DNA of 64,000 bases, taken from contig CM052816.1 of NCBI GenBank assembly GCA_028534125.1, forward strand, positions 45,510,001 to 45,574,000, written 5' to 3'. Below, piece by piece: positions 39,569-52,240 of this stretch; the first letter of the stretch is position 1; each line of letters begins with the position of its first letter. The notes under the pieces are model-generated. The model was not told where the DNA came from and searched no databases. It was given only the letters and a program-made list of their open reading frames with translations. The DNA comes from Lama glama. Its lineage: Eukaryota. Both the position numbers and the translations under genes were made by a program.

Positions 39569-39715
39569 CAGGAATAATCTGAATCCAGATGTGAGTGTAT
39601 ACACACTATTAACAGAAGGCTTTTCTTCATTTCTTTCTTCATGAGTAATCACAAAGTAGGGAGAAAGACCAATATTAAAGGCCTCACAGGTTTTAGGATT
39701 TTCTATACTTAAATC
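39569..39715 (-). CDS. ADGRV1: ADGRV1 exon (~47), 147 nt, DLSIENPKTCEAFNIG...SGFRLFL
   Basis: CCTAG|GAT, CTG|GTAAAA, phase 0-0; preceded by a 90-nt intron. Confidence 0.95.
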
Positions 39716-39805
39716 CTAGGAAACAAGGAATAACAGTAATTCATGAGGCATCCAAAATCCACATGTGCATTTTAGTTTGTGTAGTGTAAAACAGGTTATG
39801 TTTAC

Positions 39806-39963
39806 CTCAAGTGGAACAAAAATCCCCTGCCATCGGTAAACAGTAGAAGACAACTTTCTTAACATTACACCATAAACTGAATCTTCCAAAGTCAAGAAAC
39901 ACCAGCTAGAAGCAGATGAATCCAAGAAACTTTGAAATACAGAAAACACAACATCCATTCCCC
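39806..39963 (-). CDS. ADGRV1: ADGRV1 exon (~46), 158 nt, EAR region start, GMDVVFSVFQSF...VYRWQGIFVPLE
   Basis: TCCAG|GG, GAG|GTAAAC, phase 1-0. Confidence 0.95.
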
Positions 39964-41099
39964 CTGGAAAACATAAATCATGATTTGCTTGTGTAAAATC
40001 CTCTCCAAACTTCACCTATTCTAAGTTTATTGTTTAAACACTGAAACTAGTGAGTTTGTTACTACAAATAAAGACGCTTCCATGATCTATGTGCATGTGT
40101 GTATGAGAAAGACAGAGAAGAGACAAATTAGAGAACTTCAAAACAGTAACTAAAAATATCAATTTAAAAAGACAAGAAAAATGGTTAATACTCTGCTCAA
40201 AACCCACAAAGACTTTTCCAGAGTATATTTATAAATAAATAGCAAATGTGTATCTTACAGGAAAATATGTTCACAATGGTTTTTATCAGCTTTGAAAATA
40301 TAACTGAGAAATTTTAAAATACATATAAAGATGACAAAAATATTACTGAGAAATTTAAAAATAATAAATATCTTTTATGGAAACATGTTAAATGTTAGCT
40401 TTTAAAAACTTAAACACTATTCATTTGAAATTATCCCCATCCAATGATTTCTAGCTTTACATGTTATATATTTTATGAATGCCAAAGCAGACTCATCTCC
40501 TACAAATGGCTTTCAAGTATTATCACCTGCTAAAACAGGTACATGTCCTAAAATTCTGTACAATTAAATGGAGACAAAAAAAAACTCTATCTAATAAAGA
40601 ACACCTTTAAAAAATCTTCTATATTCTATTATATGACAGTTTCCCATAGAAAGTTCTTTTTCATCTTCCATGGTGTGAACATGATGCAACAAGAACAAAT
40701 GTTACACTTGAAACCTAGGGTCTTTGTAAATTATTGATCATTTTTAGATTACCACTTCAAAAAGTCATAATGTCTATGCCTTTTATGTGCTATCAATTAG
40801 TGATTTTCTTTCCCAGAAACCCATTATTCTAAATTCCTGCTTTGCCACCTTTTAAAGGTACATCACAGCTTTTGCATTAAGAGTCTGAATGTTTTGCAGT
40901 GAAGTCCTGACCATATGGTAAAATCCTTCCCTACTCTAATTCAGGAAGACGGTGAATGAAGAACAAACAACGCCTGCTGACATTTAAGAATCTCCAGCAT
41001 ATACTTTCAAAAGCATTTCCACAAAATATATGCAGAGTCCAAACTCTAATGAGGTAACTCCAAATTAGAAACCATAATCTTTCGTTTTTGGATCCCATC

Positions 41100-42830
41100 T
41101 CTTCCTGCCTTCCAGGCAATTGTACCATTATTAATTAACCCTCTTTCTCTTCTAAATATTCCATCCTTCTCTATCTACTAGGCCTTTTCCATCAGCATTT
41201 ACATGTGCTTAGGCCTCACCAAACTAAACAAATAAACAAAAAATCCTGAATCCTACACTCCAGCACTACTCTTGCTAGGTCCTACCTTCTCAGCCAAACT
41301 TCTTGAACTAGTGGCATATATTTGAGGTCTCCATTTCCTCGCCTCCATTCAAAATGTTATTCGGCTAGCATCCATCTATACAAATAGCTCTTGCCATTTC
41401 ATGTCTACTATATTGCTAATTACAACAGTATTTTTTTTCAGTTCTCCTGTTACTGTATTTTTCACCAGCAACTGACACAATATATCTCCTTTCTTTTTAA
41501 AATGCTCTTCTGCTGCTGTCTGTAATCCCACCTTTCCCTGAGTTTCTCACCAGATCTTCTAAGTCTCCTTCTCCTCGCCCTAGCCATTCAATTTGAGGCT
41601 TCTCAGAGCTCAGTCTGGGCCCTCTTCCCTTCTCTATCTTCAGTCTCACTTTCCAAGTGTTTGCATCAATTTCTGTGACTTTAAAATCCATATGCATGCT
41701 AAAGGTTCCCAAATTTCTCTCTTCAGCAGAGATCTTTTTGAGTCTAGACAGACTCATAGACATGGAAAATAAACTTACGGTTACCAGGGGAAGAAGGGGA
41801 TGGGAGAGGATAAACAAGGGATTCGAGATCTGCAGATACTAACTACTATATATGTGCATATATGTGTGTTTGTGTGTGTAGCACAGGGAACTATATTTAA
41901 TAACTTGTAGTAACCTATAATGAAAAAGAATATGAAAATGAATATAGGTAAATATATGTATGACTGAACTATTATGCTGTACACCAGAAATTGACACAAC
42001 ATTGTAAACTAACTGTATTTCAATTTAAAAAAAGTTATTAACTCAAATGCAAATAGTTTACTCCCCTGACCAAAATAACACCTCATTCCCATTCAGTATT
42101 CCCTTTCTTACTGAATGGCATGACTCTTCATCCAACTGCACAGGCCAGAAACCTAGGAGACATCTCAGGTAACTTCTTCACACCCAATCCATCACCCAGT
42201 CCAAGTTACCATCATTTGTTGCCCTTTTGTTTGTCTCCTTTATCCTCTCATTTCTCCTGTGCCGAACTGTTCTTTATATGGTACCAAGAATGATTATCTT
42301 CAAAATGCAAATATGATCACACCACCCACATATATGTACATGGTAATCTTCCCTCATACTTGGCCTACTCAGAGACTTTCCATAACCTTAGAATAAAGTC
42401 TAATGCATGCGACATATTCAAGTTCTTCTATGATCTGGTCTTACCTCACTCTCCAAACTCAACATGCCCCTTTATTTCTAAACCCATTGTCTACTCTTCA
42501 GTTCTTCACTTATGCTTTTTTGTGCTTCTAGACTTCTGCTTTGATAGCTTTCCACGTTCTCCTCCATGTTCCTCCAATCAGGTCCTTGCAAAATCCCTAC
42601 TCATCATTCAGTTTCAGTTCAAACATGAATACCCTGGTAAGCATTCCCTTATGGTCTCACCACGCTTAGTTCACCTTTAAAACATTTATTATACTTCAAA
42701 CTACACACTGATTTTTACTTATTTGATTTATTTCCATCTCCCCCTAAATTCTAAATTCCATGAGATCAGTATCATGCCTGGCACAGGACAGGCATTCAAT
42801 AAATATTTATGAATGCAATAAAAGAATTAC
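41100..42830 (+). mobile_element. Degraded LINE-2, interrupted by the L1 fragment at 41746-42033
   Basis: Pyrimidine-rich L2 body; 3' end TGCCTGGCACAGGACAGGCATTCAATAAATATTTATGAATG near 42775-42815. Confidence 0.65.
41746..42033 (+). mobile_element. L1 3' UTR fragment (cetartiodactyl type) inserted into an L2
   Basis: GACTCATAGACATGGAAAATAAACTTACGGTTACC...GCACAGGGAACTATAT...GACACAACATTGTAAACT plus A tail; similar to 57930-58180. Confidence 0.85.
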
Positions 42831-42948
42831 ATATCTGTTCTCCATTTTCAACAGATCTGTAAGATACAATTTATGGAGGAAATGTAAATCTTATACATGT
42901 AATCTTTCTTGGTTGCAGAATTTTGTTGTTATAAGAAACTAAACGTAC

Positions 42949-43073
42949 TCATGCCAAAGGCTGTTTCAGAAACTGTCTCCCACTCCACACTCACGGTTAA
43001 ATCAATGCCATTAGTACGTGACACATTTAAATACACAGTCCTGCTGGCTTCTTCAGTGTCTACAGAGGTGGCT
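42949..43073 (-). CDS. ADGRV1: ADGRV1 exon (~45), 125 nt, ATSVDTEEASRTVYLNVSRTNGIDLTVSVEWETVSETAFGM
   Basis: TTTAG|A, TGA|GTACGT, phase 2-1. Confidence 0.93.
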
Positions 43074-43875
43074 CTAAAAGAAATAAATGGTTGCAGAAAA
43101 CAGAAAAAGAATATAGTTTCTACATATTAAATATATATATATATAGCATTGCTAGTATATGTATAGTACACTTTTAAATTTACACAGGTCAAGATGAGAA
43201 CCATCTACAAATTTTACGCAGCAACAAGACTTGACTCCAGAGCTCAAAAATACTCATTTATAAAGATTTTAAAAAGCACTATGATCTGATACTATGACTG
43301 TAAGAGAATACTGAGTCAGTAACTTCAGTAAATTCACATTACATATTCTAAAATAAATAAAGCTTTGTCATTCCAAAGCTTCCTCTCACATAAACTAAAT
43401 ACATTTTAGAGGAAAAAATGAATCAGGAAATTCTTGACATATTAATAAAACTATATCTATTGGAATATTTCTGAGATATTAAAAAATAAATATTTGTCAG
43501 TTTCCAGAAGGAATTTTAAAACTACAATCATGTTAATATATGTTTGAAGAGTCAGTCATTGGTTTGAGCAGCTAAGTATAATTTACATTATTCCTTGCTT
43601 TTTAATATTAAAAACATAAAATAGTGCTTTCACCTGAAAGGGTAGATTCTGAGAATATAAGAATTCTAGCGACAGCATATACAGGACAAGCTAAGGTTAC
43701 TGATGCTCTCTGTTACGGAAGGGCAAATGGACTCTCTGGATCTATCTGCTAGAGCTCGTTTTAAAAGTCCCCATTACAATAGTCAGAGATCAATTTTCTT
43801 TTGCATTATCTTCATGTTGAAAGGTATTTCCTACTTAGCTTCAGCAGTGATAATTTCTTTCTGAACAAACTATAC

Positions 43876-44051
43876 CTATTTGCAAGTGCAGAGATGCTGA
43901 ACAGCCCCAAAGGAGCCTGGTTTTGCAAAACTGTGATCAGTGTCTGAACACGTGCCCCTAGTCTAGCACCACCAGTCGGATTAAACAAGGTGCAAACAAA
44001 ATGCTCATCCATCTCTGGTTCCGTGTCCAATATGGCAGATATATGCAGGGC
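43876..44051 (-). CDS. ADGRV1: ADGRV1 exon (~44), 176 nt, ALHISAILDTEPEMDEHF...SISALAN(R)
   Basis: TTCAG|GCC, TAG|GTATAG, phase 0-2. Confidence 0.95.
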
Positions 44052-44439
44052 CTGAAAACACAATCAAAAGGTAAAGTTACTAGAATACAGTATTTTTGCA
44101 ACACACATATAGAGTAATGTGCTAAACATTTCTGACAACAAAATAGTACTTTTGGAAAACATCACCTCTTTTTTATGTTAATACTGGTCCTTATAATGTA
44201 ATAGCTACAACTGTTTCAAGTTACAACTTTCAAGATCTTCAACACTGTGACATGCTCCACTGAAATGTCTAAAAATAAATATTTATGTCATTTGAAGATA
44301 TCACTGAAATTGAAAAATTAAATTTAGGTCTTCAATTTTGCTACTTCTTTATCCTGCCCTAGCTATATAACTGCACTAGTCTCATTCTAGCCTAAGATTC
44401 ACTCTTAAAAAACAGTTATACCATAGCAGGCACAAATTA

Positions 44440-44805
44440 GTAACAACTCAATGGATAAATAGTAACCTATTCAATGAAATGCTACTGAGCAATAAAAAAG
44501 AACCAACTACTCATATGTGTAAACAAAAATGCCGCTGACCAAAAGAAGTCAGACACAAAAAGAATCCACACTGTAGGATTCTATTTATAAAAAGCTCAAG
44601 AATCAGCAAAATGAGGCTTCAGTGATAGAAACCAGAAAGCACTTTCCTCTGGGAAGGGCAAAGGACAAGAAAGAAACTTCCGTGTGATGGTAATGTTTCA
44701 TATATTAATCTGAGTGGCTGTTACACTGGTGTATACATATTTTTTAAGTCACTGGGCCACACATTTAACTTTTTGTATTTTACTTTTTATACCTCAAAAT
44801 AAAAA
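44440..44805 (+). mobile_element. Old L1M (L1MC/ME-like) 3' end
   Basis: AAAAGAAGTCAGACACAAAA..GTGATAGAAACCAGA..GATGGTAATGTT..TTATACCTCAA. Confidence 0.6.
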
Positions 44806-45916
44806 CATGTGGGAAAAAGACAGTTATGTAGGTGAGAGAAAAATCTATTTAATCCAAATTTGCTCCAACATTTAATTTGCATAATAAACAGAAAGTCTTT
44901 AAGCACCTTTGACAAAGTCTTTTAAGGAAAAAAAGCCACAATAAATTATAATAATAAACTAAAAATATACAAAAAGTTGAATAAATGAAATAAAATTCAA
45001 AACATTTTTAAAAGGCATGTGAATGTAAAGCAATAGCAAATTCATAAAATACTTCAAATCTGAATTCTTTTTATCTGTATCAAGATATGTGTTCTTGAAC
45101 AATCAATTAAGGGTCTGAACTTCAAAAAACATGAATAAATTGGACAAATGAACATGAATTTTAAAACCTACTGAAGTTTACACAAACTGATCATAAACAA
45201 ACTTATTTAATTATTAGAGGGACTATTTTTAAATAAAAGAATTTAAAATTTTTTCAAACTTTAAAATTTTAAAATTATTATACTTTCTACATCTGGCTTG
45301 AAAAATATCTTAAGCTAATGCAATTAGCTATTTTAAACTTAAACTGTGTTTTAAAAATAAATTTTAGTAGCAGAAACAAATTAGTATACAGAAAAAGAAG
45401 TTTCAGAAGGTAAACCTCCATAAGTATAATTCATATTTATGATTAACCCAAATCTAGCATTTTTCCTCCAATTACCTACTCCCGTTCACACAGGGTACTT
45501 GCTTATCAAACAAGCAGTGTGAAGGAAACAGTTATATTTTCTTTAAGGAAAATGTGGCAAAAGAATGGCTATGGTTTAACAACTGCAATGAATGGTTTGG
45601 AGCTTCTTGTAAGTTTATGATTTACAGACGATATAATGTGAAGTATGCCATTTGAATATATTTAACATTTAAAACTGCAACATGCACATTTTCTTTATCA
45701 TTTGCTCATTCCACTATTCTGTTAATGGAGCAAATTTCTCCAGCTGCCTGTTACGCAAACAAGACAGCACTACAGCACTTTCTCACAGTAATCTAATCAT
45801 ACCTTAACCTATCACTTAAGATGCAATTTTTCTTTCAAGGATCTAGGGTGCTCCTCCAAGAGAAATTCATTTTGTAAATATTAATCGTTCATTCTCATTA
45901 AAGGTTCATACTGTAC

Positions 45917-46179
45917 CTTGAAAGGAACACCTTCTTCTAAAACAATGTAGCCTTTGGAAGGAGTCAGATCTTTAGACTCCACTAAAGAATTCACTTCTGT
46001 CACAACGAACTGAACTGTAACAGTTCCAAAGAGTCCTTGCGCAGGTTCCCGAACAATGTACAGCATCGCAACACTCTCCTGTATGTAGAGAGCTGTTGGT
46101 TCTCGCAGGAAGAAGTGCTCACTGTTGTTAAATGACAGGACTCCAGGGCCATCATCATTAGCAAGGACAGTAACTAAGG
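45917..46179 (-). CDS. ADGRV1: ADGRV1 exon (~43), 263 nt, ALVTVLANDDGPG...LEEGVPFK
   Basis: AACAG|CC, AAG|GTACAG, phase 1-0. Confidence 0.95.
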
Positions 46180-46777
46180 CTGTTAAATAAAAATATTAAA
46201 ACAATGAATGAAAACAGAATGGGTTATAAGTAGTGGTGACATGTGGATGTTTCATTGTAAACTAGGCCACCTCTCTTCTAGATCATCTGAAAAACAAGAG
46301 AAATTTTAAAAGGCATTTAATGGAATTCCATATTCACTGATGCTACAAATAAAAATAGCAACCTTGAAATAAAAGGCAGCTTCCTCAATCTGGTGAATTG
46401 TTATCTCTCAGAGGACAACAGCGAATACCAAACTTAACACTGAAACATTAGAAGGGTTGCCATTAAAAACAGAACAAAAGAAAGTCTGTCATCATGCTAT
46501 TATTACTCAGCATTGTCCTGGAGCTAACAGCCAGGTAACAAGCGTAAAAGCAACAAAAAGAAAGAGTCAGCACCGTCATTATTTTCTAGACACCATGGCT
46601 GCCTTCTTAGAAAAGGCAAGAGAAAAAAATTATCAGAACTATTATAGTAAGAGTTCAAAACATAGGCCGGGTAACCTTCAGAAATCAAGAGCTTTCTATT
46701 TTTTACCAGCACTAATAATAATGTTAAGAATAACAACTGAAACAACTAAGACTGTTGAGAACTTACAAATTGCTTAA

Positions 46778-46950
46778 CCTGTATTAGCTCATTTAATTCT
46801 CACTCTAACCCTATGGGGCTGACTCTATTATTATTCTCATTTCACAGAATCGATGACTGAAGCACAGATGGGCCAATCTGTGGAAGCTCACAAGTTAGGA
46901 CCCGGCAGGACTGGTGCTCAACGCTAGGAATTCTGCTTCAGGGCAAGCCT
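46778..46950 (-). mobile_element. MIR SINE
   Basis: CTCATTTAATTCTCAC..ATTCTCATTTCACAGA..ACTGAAGCACAGA core. Confidence 0.65.
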
Positions 46951-47099
46951 TCTGAAAGATTATTATAATACCTCTATATACTAGGTATAACTATATAAAA
47001 TATAATAGAAAAGGGACCTCGTTCATAATAGCAACAATACCTAGGAATCAAAGTAAAAAAATAAGACTTATAAAAAATTATAAAACATTAATGTGTGAC

Positions 47100-47555
47100 T
47101 GTGGCAGATGCTGTCAGAGCCTCGCCCAAAACCCTCAGCTCACTCTTGAGTCACTTTCAGCAGCTCTGTTTGCCCACTGGTTTCTATCTACCCAAGAAAA
47201 GCATTAATTCATGCAAGAATCAGGCCAGAAAGCCAGAGACTACACACCTAAGACTGATTCTCAAAAAATGAGGAATAGGAATTGATGGCTGAATATCCCA
47301 GCTTCCTTCCTTCTCAGTAGGACAGCTCTGAGCTTTATTCAACTCAGTGTCTAAAAAGGACCCCAGAAAGACTGAGCCCCAGTTGCCCACAGCAGTACCA
47401 TTCACTGATGGTATATCTCCTATCAGTTTTCCTCTCTCTGTCTCACGTATTCGATTCTCATTATGTCTCCAGAGATCACCTCCCACATAAAACTACTTCT
47501 GTCCAAATTCTTGTCTCAGGGTTTGCTCTTGAGGGAATGAATACAAAGTAAGGCA
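47100..47555 (+). mobile_element. Old ERVL LTR (LTR16-like) within degraded L1M sequence
   Basis: TG..CA ends; motifs GAGCCCCAGTTGCCCACAGC and CTTGTCTCAGGGTTTGCT. Confidence 0.6.
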
Positions 47556-47873
47556 ATGATCTAAAAGAAGATCACAATTAATGGAGAGGTATATATATTT
47601 CTAAACAGAAAAACAGTACTATAACAATGTTGAGTCCATCCAAATTAATCTAAAATTTCAAACTCAATCAAAATAGTTTTTTTAATGAACTCAATTTTTG
47701 ACTCTAAAGTTCATATGGAAGAGACCATTTGAAATGAGATGATTTAGAGTTAGAAAAATAGAAAGCATTTGGCCTGAAAAATAACAAAATGTACTTTAAA
47801 GCTATGGCAAACAAAACAGTATTTTATTATAGCACATTAACAGGCAAATAGAAAAAAAAAGAGCCAAGGAAAA

Positions 47874-47920
47874 ACAGACAGATAGATAGATAGACACACA
47901 GACAGACAGATGGACAGATA
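47874..47920. repeat. Compound (GATA)/(GACA) tetranucleotide repeat
   Basis: ACAGACAGATAGATAGATAGACACACAGACAGACAGATGGACAGATA. Confidence 0.8.
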
Positions 47921-50244
47921 TAAAAATAAATTTTACACTGAAAATCAACACCAAATGAATGTCCCATCTCTATATGATAACAGAGTATTGATTTTACATT
48001 TCAGAAGAAAAATAAAGTATCCTTATCTCACTTACTACCAGTGAATACATCCATGGTATGCTAAATAATTAAATGTAAGTAAAAAGTATGAAAATATTAG
48101 AAAAAATAGCAAAATATTTTATAGCTTTGGGTGGGAAAGATCTAAATAAACAGAATTTGAAAGTATATCCAAAAATACTTGATACTTTAACTATTTTATA
48201 ACAAAAGAGACCATATTAAACTTAAACAATAAATGAGAGAGTAGGAGAATATATGTTAACACAACATGCATTATGTAAATGTGTTAATAAATACAGCATA
48301 TTTAACACAAGAAAAAGATTCACTTCAGAATATATTAAGTACTCCTATAAATCAATAAAGGCATAAACTACAGAAAAGCACATTCAGATATAAAAAAAAC
48401 CTAATCACACAAATTAAACAAACAAACAAACAAACGAATAATCAGTATTAAACTCACTAATGAACAGGGAAATAAAGGAAAAAAATACACAGTACAACCA
48501 CCTATTTCCTATTCATTAGAATTGGGATTTTTTTTTTTTAATGTTAAGGACCAAAGAAATTCCTGGTGCAGACAAGGATAAACAATTTTATACAGACACT
48601 TTGGAGTGCAGGTAACATAGAGGGTAGCTGATGTCCTTCCCACTAAACACCCATGGTAGTCAACAGATAGAATCTTAACTGCCCATACATCCAAAGATTT
48701 GTACACAAGGCTATTTACTGGAACTTTATGAAAGTTTGGAAATAGTATAAAGGTCAATTCATGGGGCCTAGTTTAAGAAATTACTTAGTATCAAAGCACT
48801 TAATGTTTTGAAGATTTTTTTAATATTTAAAAATAGAAAATTACAACTGTAAAGTAACCTTGACAGAGCCCACAACATATTATTTCTTGCTACTCATACT
48901 GGTGGGCACGTAACCTACATAATTCCAATCAGAATTACATTAGGACTTTGTAGGAATGCTTGATTTTGAATACTCTCTCTTTTTTTGTTACACAGGATGT
49001 AGAAGAATGATGCTGACAACCATCAGTACAAGTAATGTTAACCTTGCAACGAGGCCAATATTCCGAAAGGCAAGGAGAAGAGACAGAAAACAACAGTGTC
49101 TCTGGGGGCATGCTAAGTCCTGGTCCCACCTCATCTAAAGCTACATGTCTCTTGACTCCCAGATTAAATGAGCCAATAAATTATCTCCATTTAAGTCAGT
49201 TATAATTGGGTTTTCTGTTGTTTCCATACAGAAGACTCTTAACCAATGCAGTGTCCATTTCTACAACCCTTTACATACAACCTACTATGTTCCCCAACAA
49301 TGAGAAGAGTTGATTTTCAACACTCTCTTTGAATTTGAAACAACGGCCACAGCCTCAAGAAAAAGTTCTGGCAACTTAGAAATAGCACTTAACTTTATCA
49401 ATATGACAATAAAAGTAAAAAGCAGTTCTTGGGTTACTCACAATTCTTTCTTTTTTTTTTTTTAACCACACATCAGATTTTTTTCACAAACAGGTCAATA
49501 ATTCAGGAATACAAAGGTAAATTAAAGGAATCTCAAAAAGGTGTCAGCCACTAGCTAAAACAAGGGGCTGAAGAGTCAGTCAACATTCAGTCTTTTAAAT
49601 CCACTTACCTATCACCACAGGGAATTAAATTAAGTGGCTTTTTTAGAGCTGTTTCAATCTTAAAGTTCAGTACTTCTACGAGGTTTCCTCCTCTGTCTCT
49701 CTTTTTTTTAACCTTCTCTAAGCAGTGAGCATGGTATCTAACAAGCAGTGACCTTGGATGACTTTTCCTAACAATGTCAAACTGCTCCAACCAAAGAATT
49801 CTGGCTCCCACAATCTGTCTGAAGCATCAATACACTTCAACTTTATGTAGAAACACTACAGCAGTTAGATGACACTGAAATTGCTAACTTGTCATTCCTT
49901 CTGCTACTAAACAGAAAATCAGAGCAGAATTCAAATTCCAAAGGGGAGACATTCACAAATTAAATAAAATGTACAATAATTGCAGAAATCACTTAATAAT
50001 ATTTTTGCTACCAACCTACTTTTTTGATTTTTACACACACGCCGCACGCACACACACAAAACATACAGGCTAGAAGCACTGTTACAATGACATGAAATTC
50101 TAAAATCATTAACTTAAAATATTTTCACTCTAAGCACAGAAATCCATTTAAGTCTCTCTAATCCCTCTACAACTGCTTCCATATTACAACAACAGCAGAA
50201 ATGAAGGAGTGAGAGGGAGCTGTGTATATGAAATGATCAATTAC

Positions 50245-50386
50245 CTAGTATATTTTCCCCCAGCTCCAGCCCAGGAGAAGGATTTGTTAAAATCAGCTGA
50301 AATGTTTCATCTCCTTCTGGAATGTCATCATCAAGAATCATGATGTCAACATTTTTATACCCTTCTCCATCAGCAAAATGTAGAAT
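50245..50386 (-). CDS. ADGRV1: ADGRV1 exon (~42), 142 nt, ILHFADGEGYKNVDIMILDDDIPEGDETF...GENIL
   Basis: CCAG|ATT, TAG|GTAATT, phase 0-1. Confidence 0.95.
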
Positions 50387-50996
50387 CTGGTCAAAAAAGT
50401 AAAGTAGACAGTATTATATATAAATACACCCTGAGTTGTTAGAAAATGCTTGGAAACAAATACAATGTAGTTGTGAATATGAAATAAGCTGTCTATAGGG
50501 ATTTTTTCCTTATTTTTTCACATGATCTCTTTTTATTTAAATTGACAATATTAAGTTTAAACAGTAAAAGTTCTACAGGAAGAAAAGCAAACATTTGACT
50601 AAGCAGTAAAGGACATGAAGAGACAAAATAAAAAGCATTTTCAAATAACAAAGGTGTTTCCCTAAATTAAAACAAAGAAATGAAAGAGTTAACATTTTCA
50701 AGAAGTATGAGAAATACTCTGGGAAGGTCATCTAATGATATAAATTCTTTAACACAATAACCTATGTTCTCCACTATCAAATATTGCAATAAGATAGTGA
50801 CTGAATGAAACAAAATACAGAACAATCTTTAGGACAGTACTAAAAATGCAATTTACATATTTTATTAAAATAGTAAAGAGAACTATTCCACTTGAAAATC
50901 TTTGCTCTAATTTACTGTGGACTATTATGGTAGTTAATTATCTTTAGACTAATTTATTTACAGAACCTAAATCACTATAATTCTCAATGAATTCAC

Positions 50997-51135
50997 CATT
51001 GGGGTAAAGATGTAATCCAGCCCCAGCTGTGCTTCCAAATTCTGGGCATACACAAACAGGGAAACGTGGCCAAGAGCCCCTTTGCTCCTCTGGGCTACCA
51101 GTGTTAAACTTTCTTGGGTTTCATTTACTTCAAAC
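50997..51135 (-). CDS. ADGRV1: ADGRV1 exon (~41), 139 nt, FEVNETQESLTLVAQRS...LDYIFTPM
   Basis: TATAG|G, ATG|GTGAAT, phase 2-0; preceded by a 105-nt intron. Confidence 0.95.
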
Positions 51136-51240
51136 CTATAATAAAGAGAATACATCATTTTTCCTTATAAGCGTTTATTCAGTAGACAGTGAAGCATCTA
51201 AACCCCTAAAAAAAGGGCAGTCACGCAGCCTTGGGTTTAC

Positions 51241-51319
51241 CTGCTGTGCTGCCACTGGATCATGCCTTGAGCACCATCATTGGCATCAATAATAATCTGT
51301 GCCGTCAAGCCCTCTGAAT
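51241..51319 (-). CDS. ADGRV1: ADGRV1 exon (~40), 79 nt, DSEGLTAQIIIDANDGAQGMIQWQHS(R)
   Basis: CTCAG|AT, CAG|GTAAAC, phase 1-2. Confidence 0.95.
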
Positions 51320-52084
51320 CTGAGGAAATGTGGAAACATACTTTAAAATAAGTGTAAATGATTAATGGAGAACTATTTGATTCAGAATTTTAAAGCCCAC
51401 ACCTTTGGTATTATATAATTCCTAATATAGAGGTATTGTTGATGTTATTCAAAAGATGTTTAAGAAAATAAGACATAAATACTTATAACACTCGAATGAA
51501 AAACTTTTTGCTAACAAGGACCACTGACTAATAGAAATCTACACTCAACCAAGAACAGTATAAAACAAGCAACCAAGGTTATGGTTTTATTTCTGTTATT
51601 TCAACCCATTTCAAAAGGAGAGGAAAATGGGGATGGTCACAAAGAGTAGAAAGAGAAGACAAAAGAAAGAGGGAGATAAAGGCAGGAGGTACTGCAGAGA
51701 AAAACAGGTGTGAAAAAGAGACAGGGATACAAACAGAAGCTGAGAAAAGTGGGAAAGATGGGGGAAGGTTAGGTGGCATAAAAACTAAGATTAAATTTCT
51801 CTTTTCCCTTTTTATTTTGTATTCTGTCCATCACGCTCAGTATGTTACCAATATTCATTATTCAGTCTTGAAATAGTAACTAAGCCTGTTAATGTTTTGT
51901 TCTTTTTTTTAAATATATTTGTCTTTTTTTCTTTTTAATTTCAGTGGCTCTACTGTACTCTACGATACGCATGACAGCTGCCTGGGCGAAGAAGGGGTGA
52001 GGAGAGTATAATTCTCTCTGAGTGAAAAGATCAACATTGACTAGGAAGGAATGTAAACTCAGTATCTGTACCCATCAAACCAGA

Positions 52085-52240
52085 GGCTACACCATTTCCT
52101 AGCTGTGTGACTTCAGCATGTTACTTAGCATCACTTAGCCTCAGCTCCTGCATCTGTAAAATGGGAAAATGTAAGGAATACTGGTACCAGTATACAAAGC
52201 ACCTGAAACGGGCATTAGACAGCACTTACCAATGGCTAAA
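52085..52240 (+). mobile_element. MIR SINE
   Basis: TAGCTGTGTGAC..GCCTCAG..CATCTGTAAAATGGG core. Confidence 0.7.
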
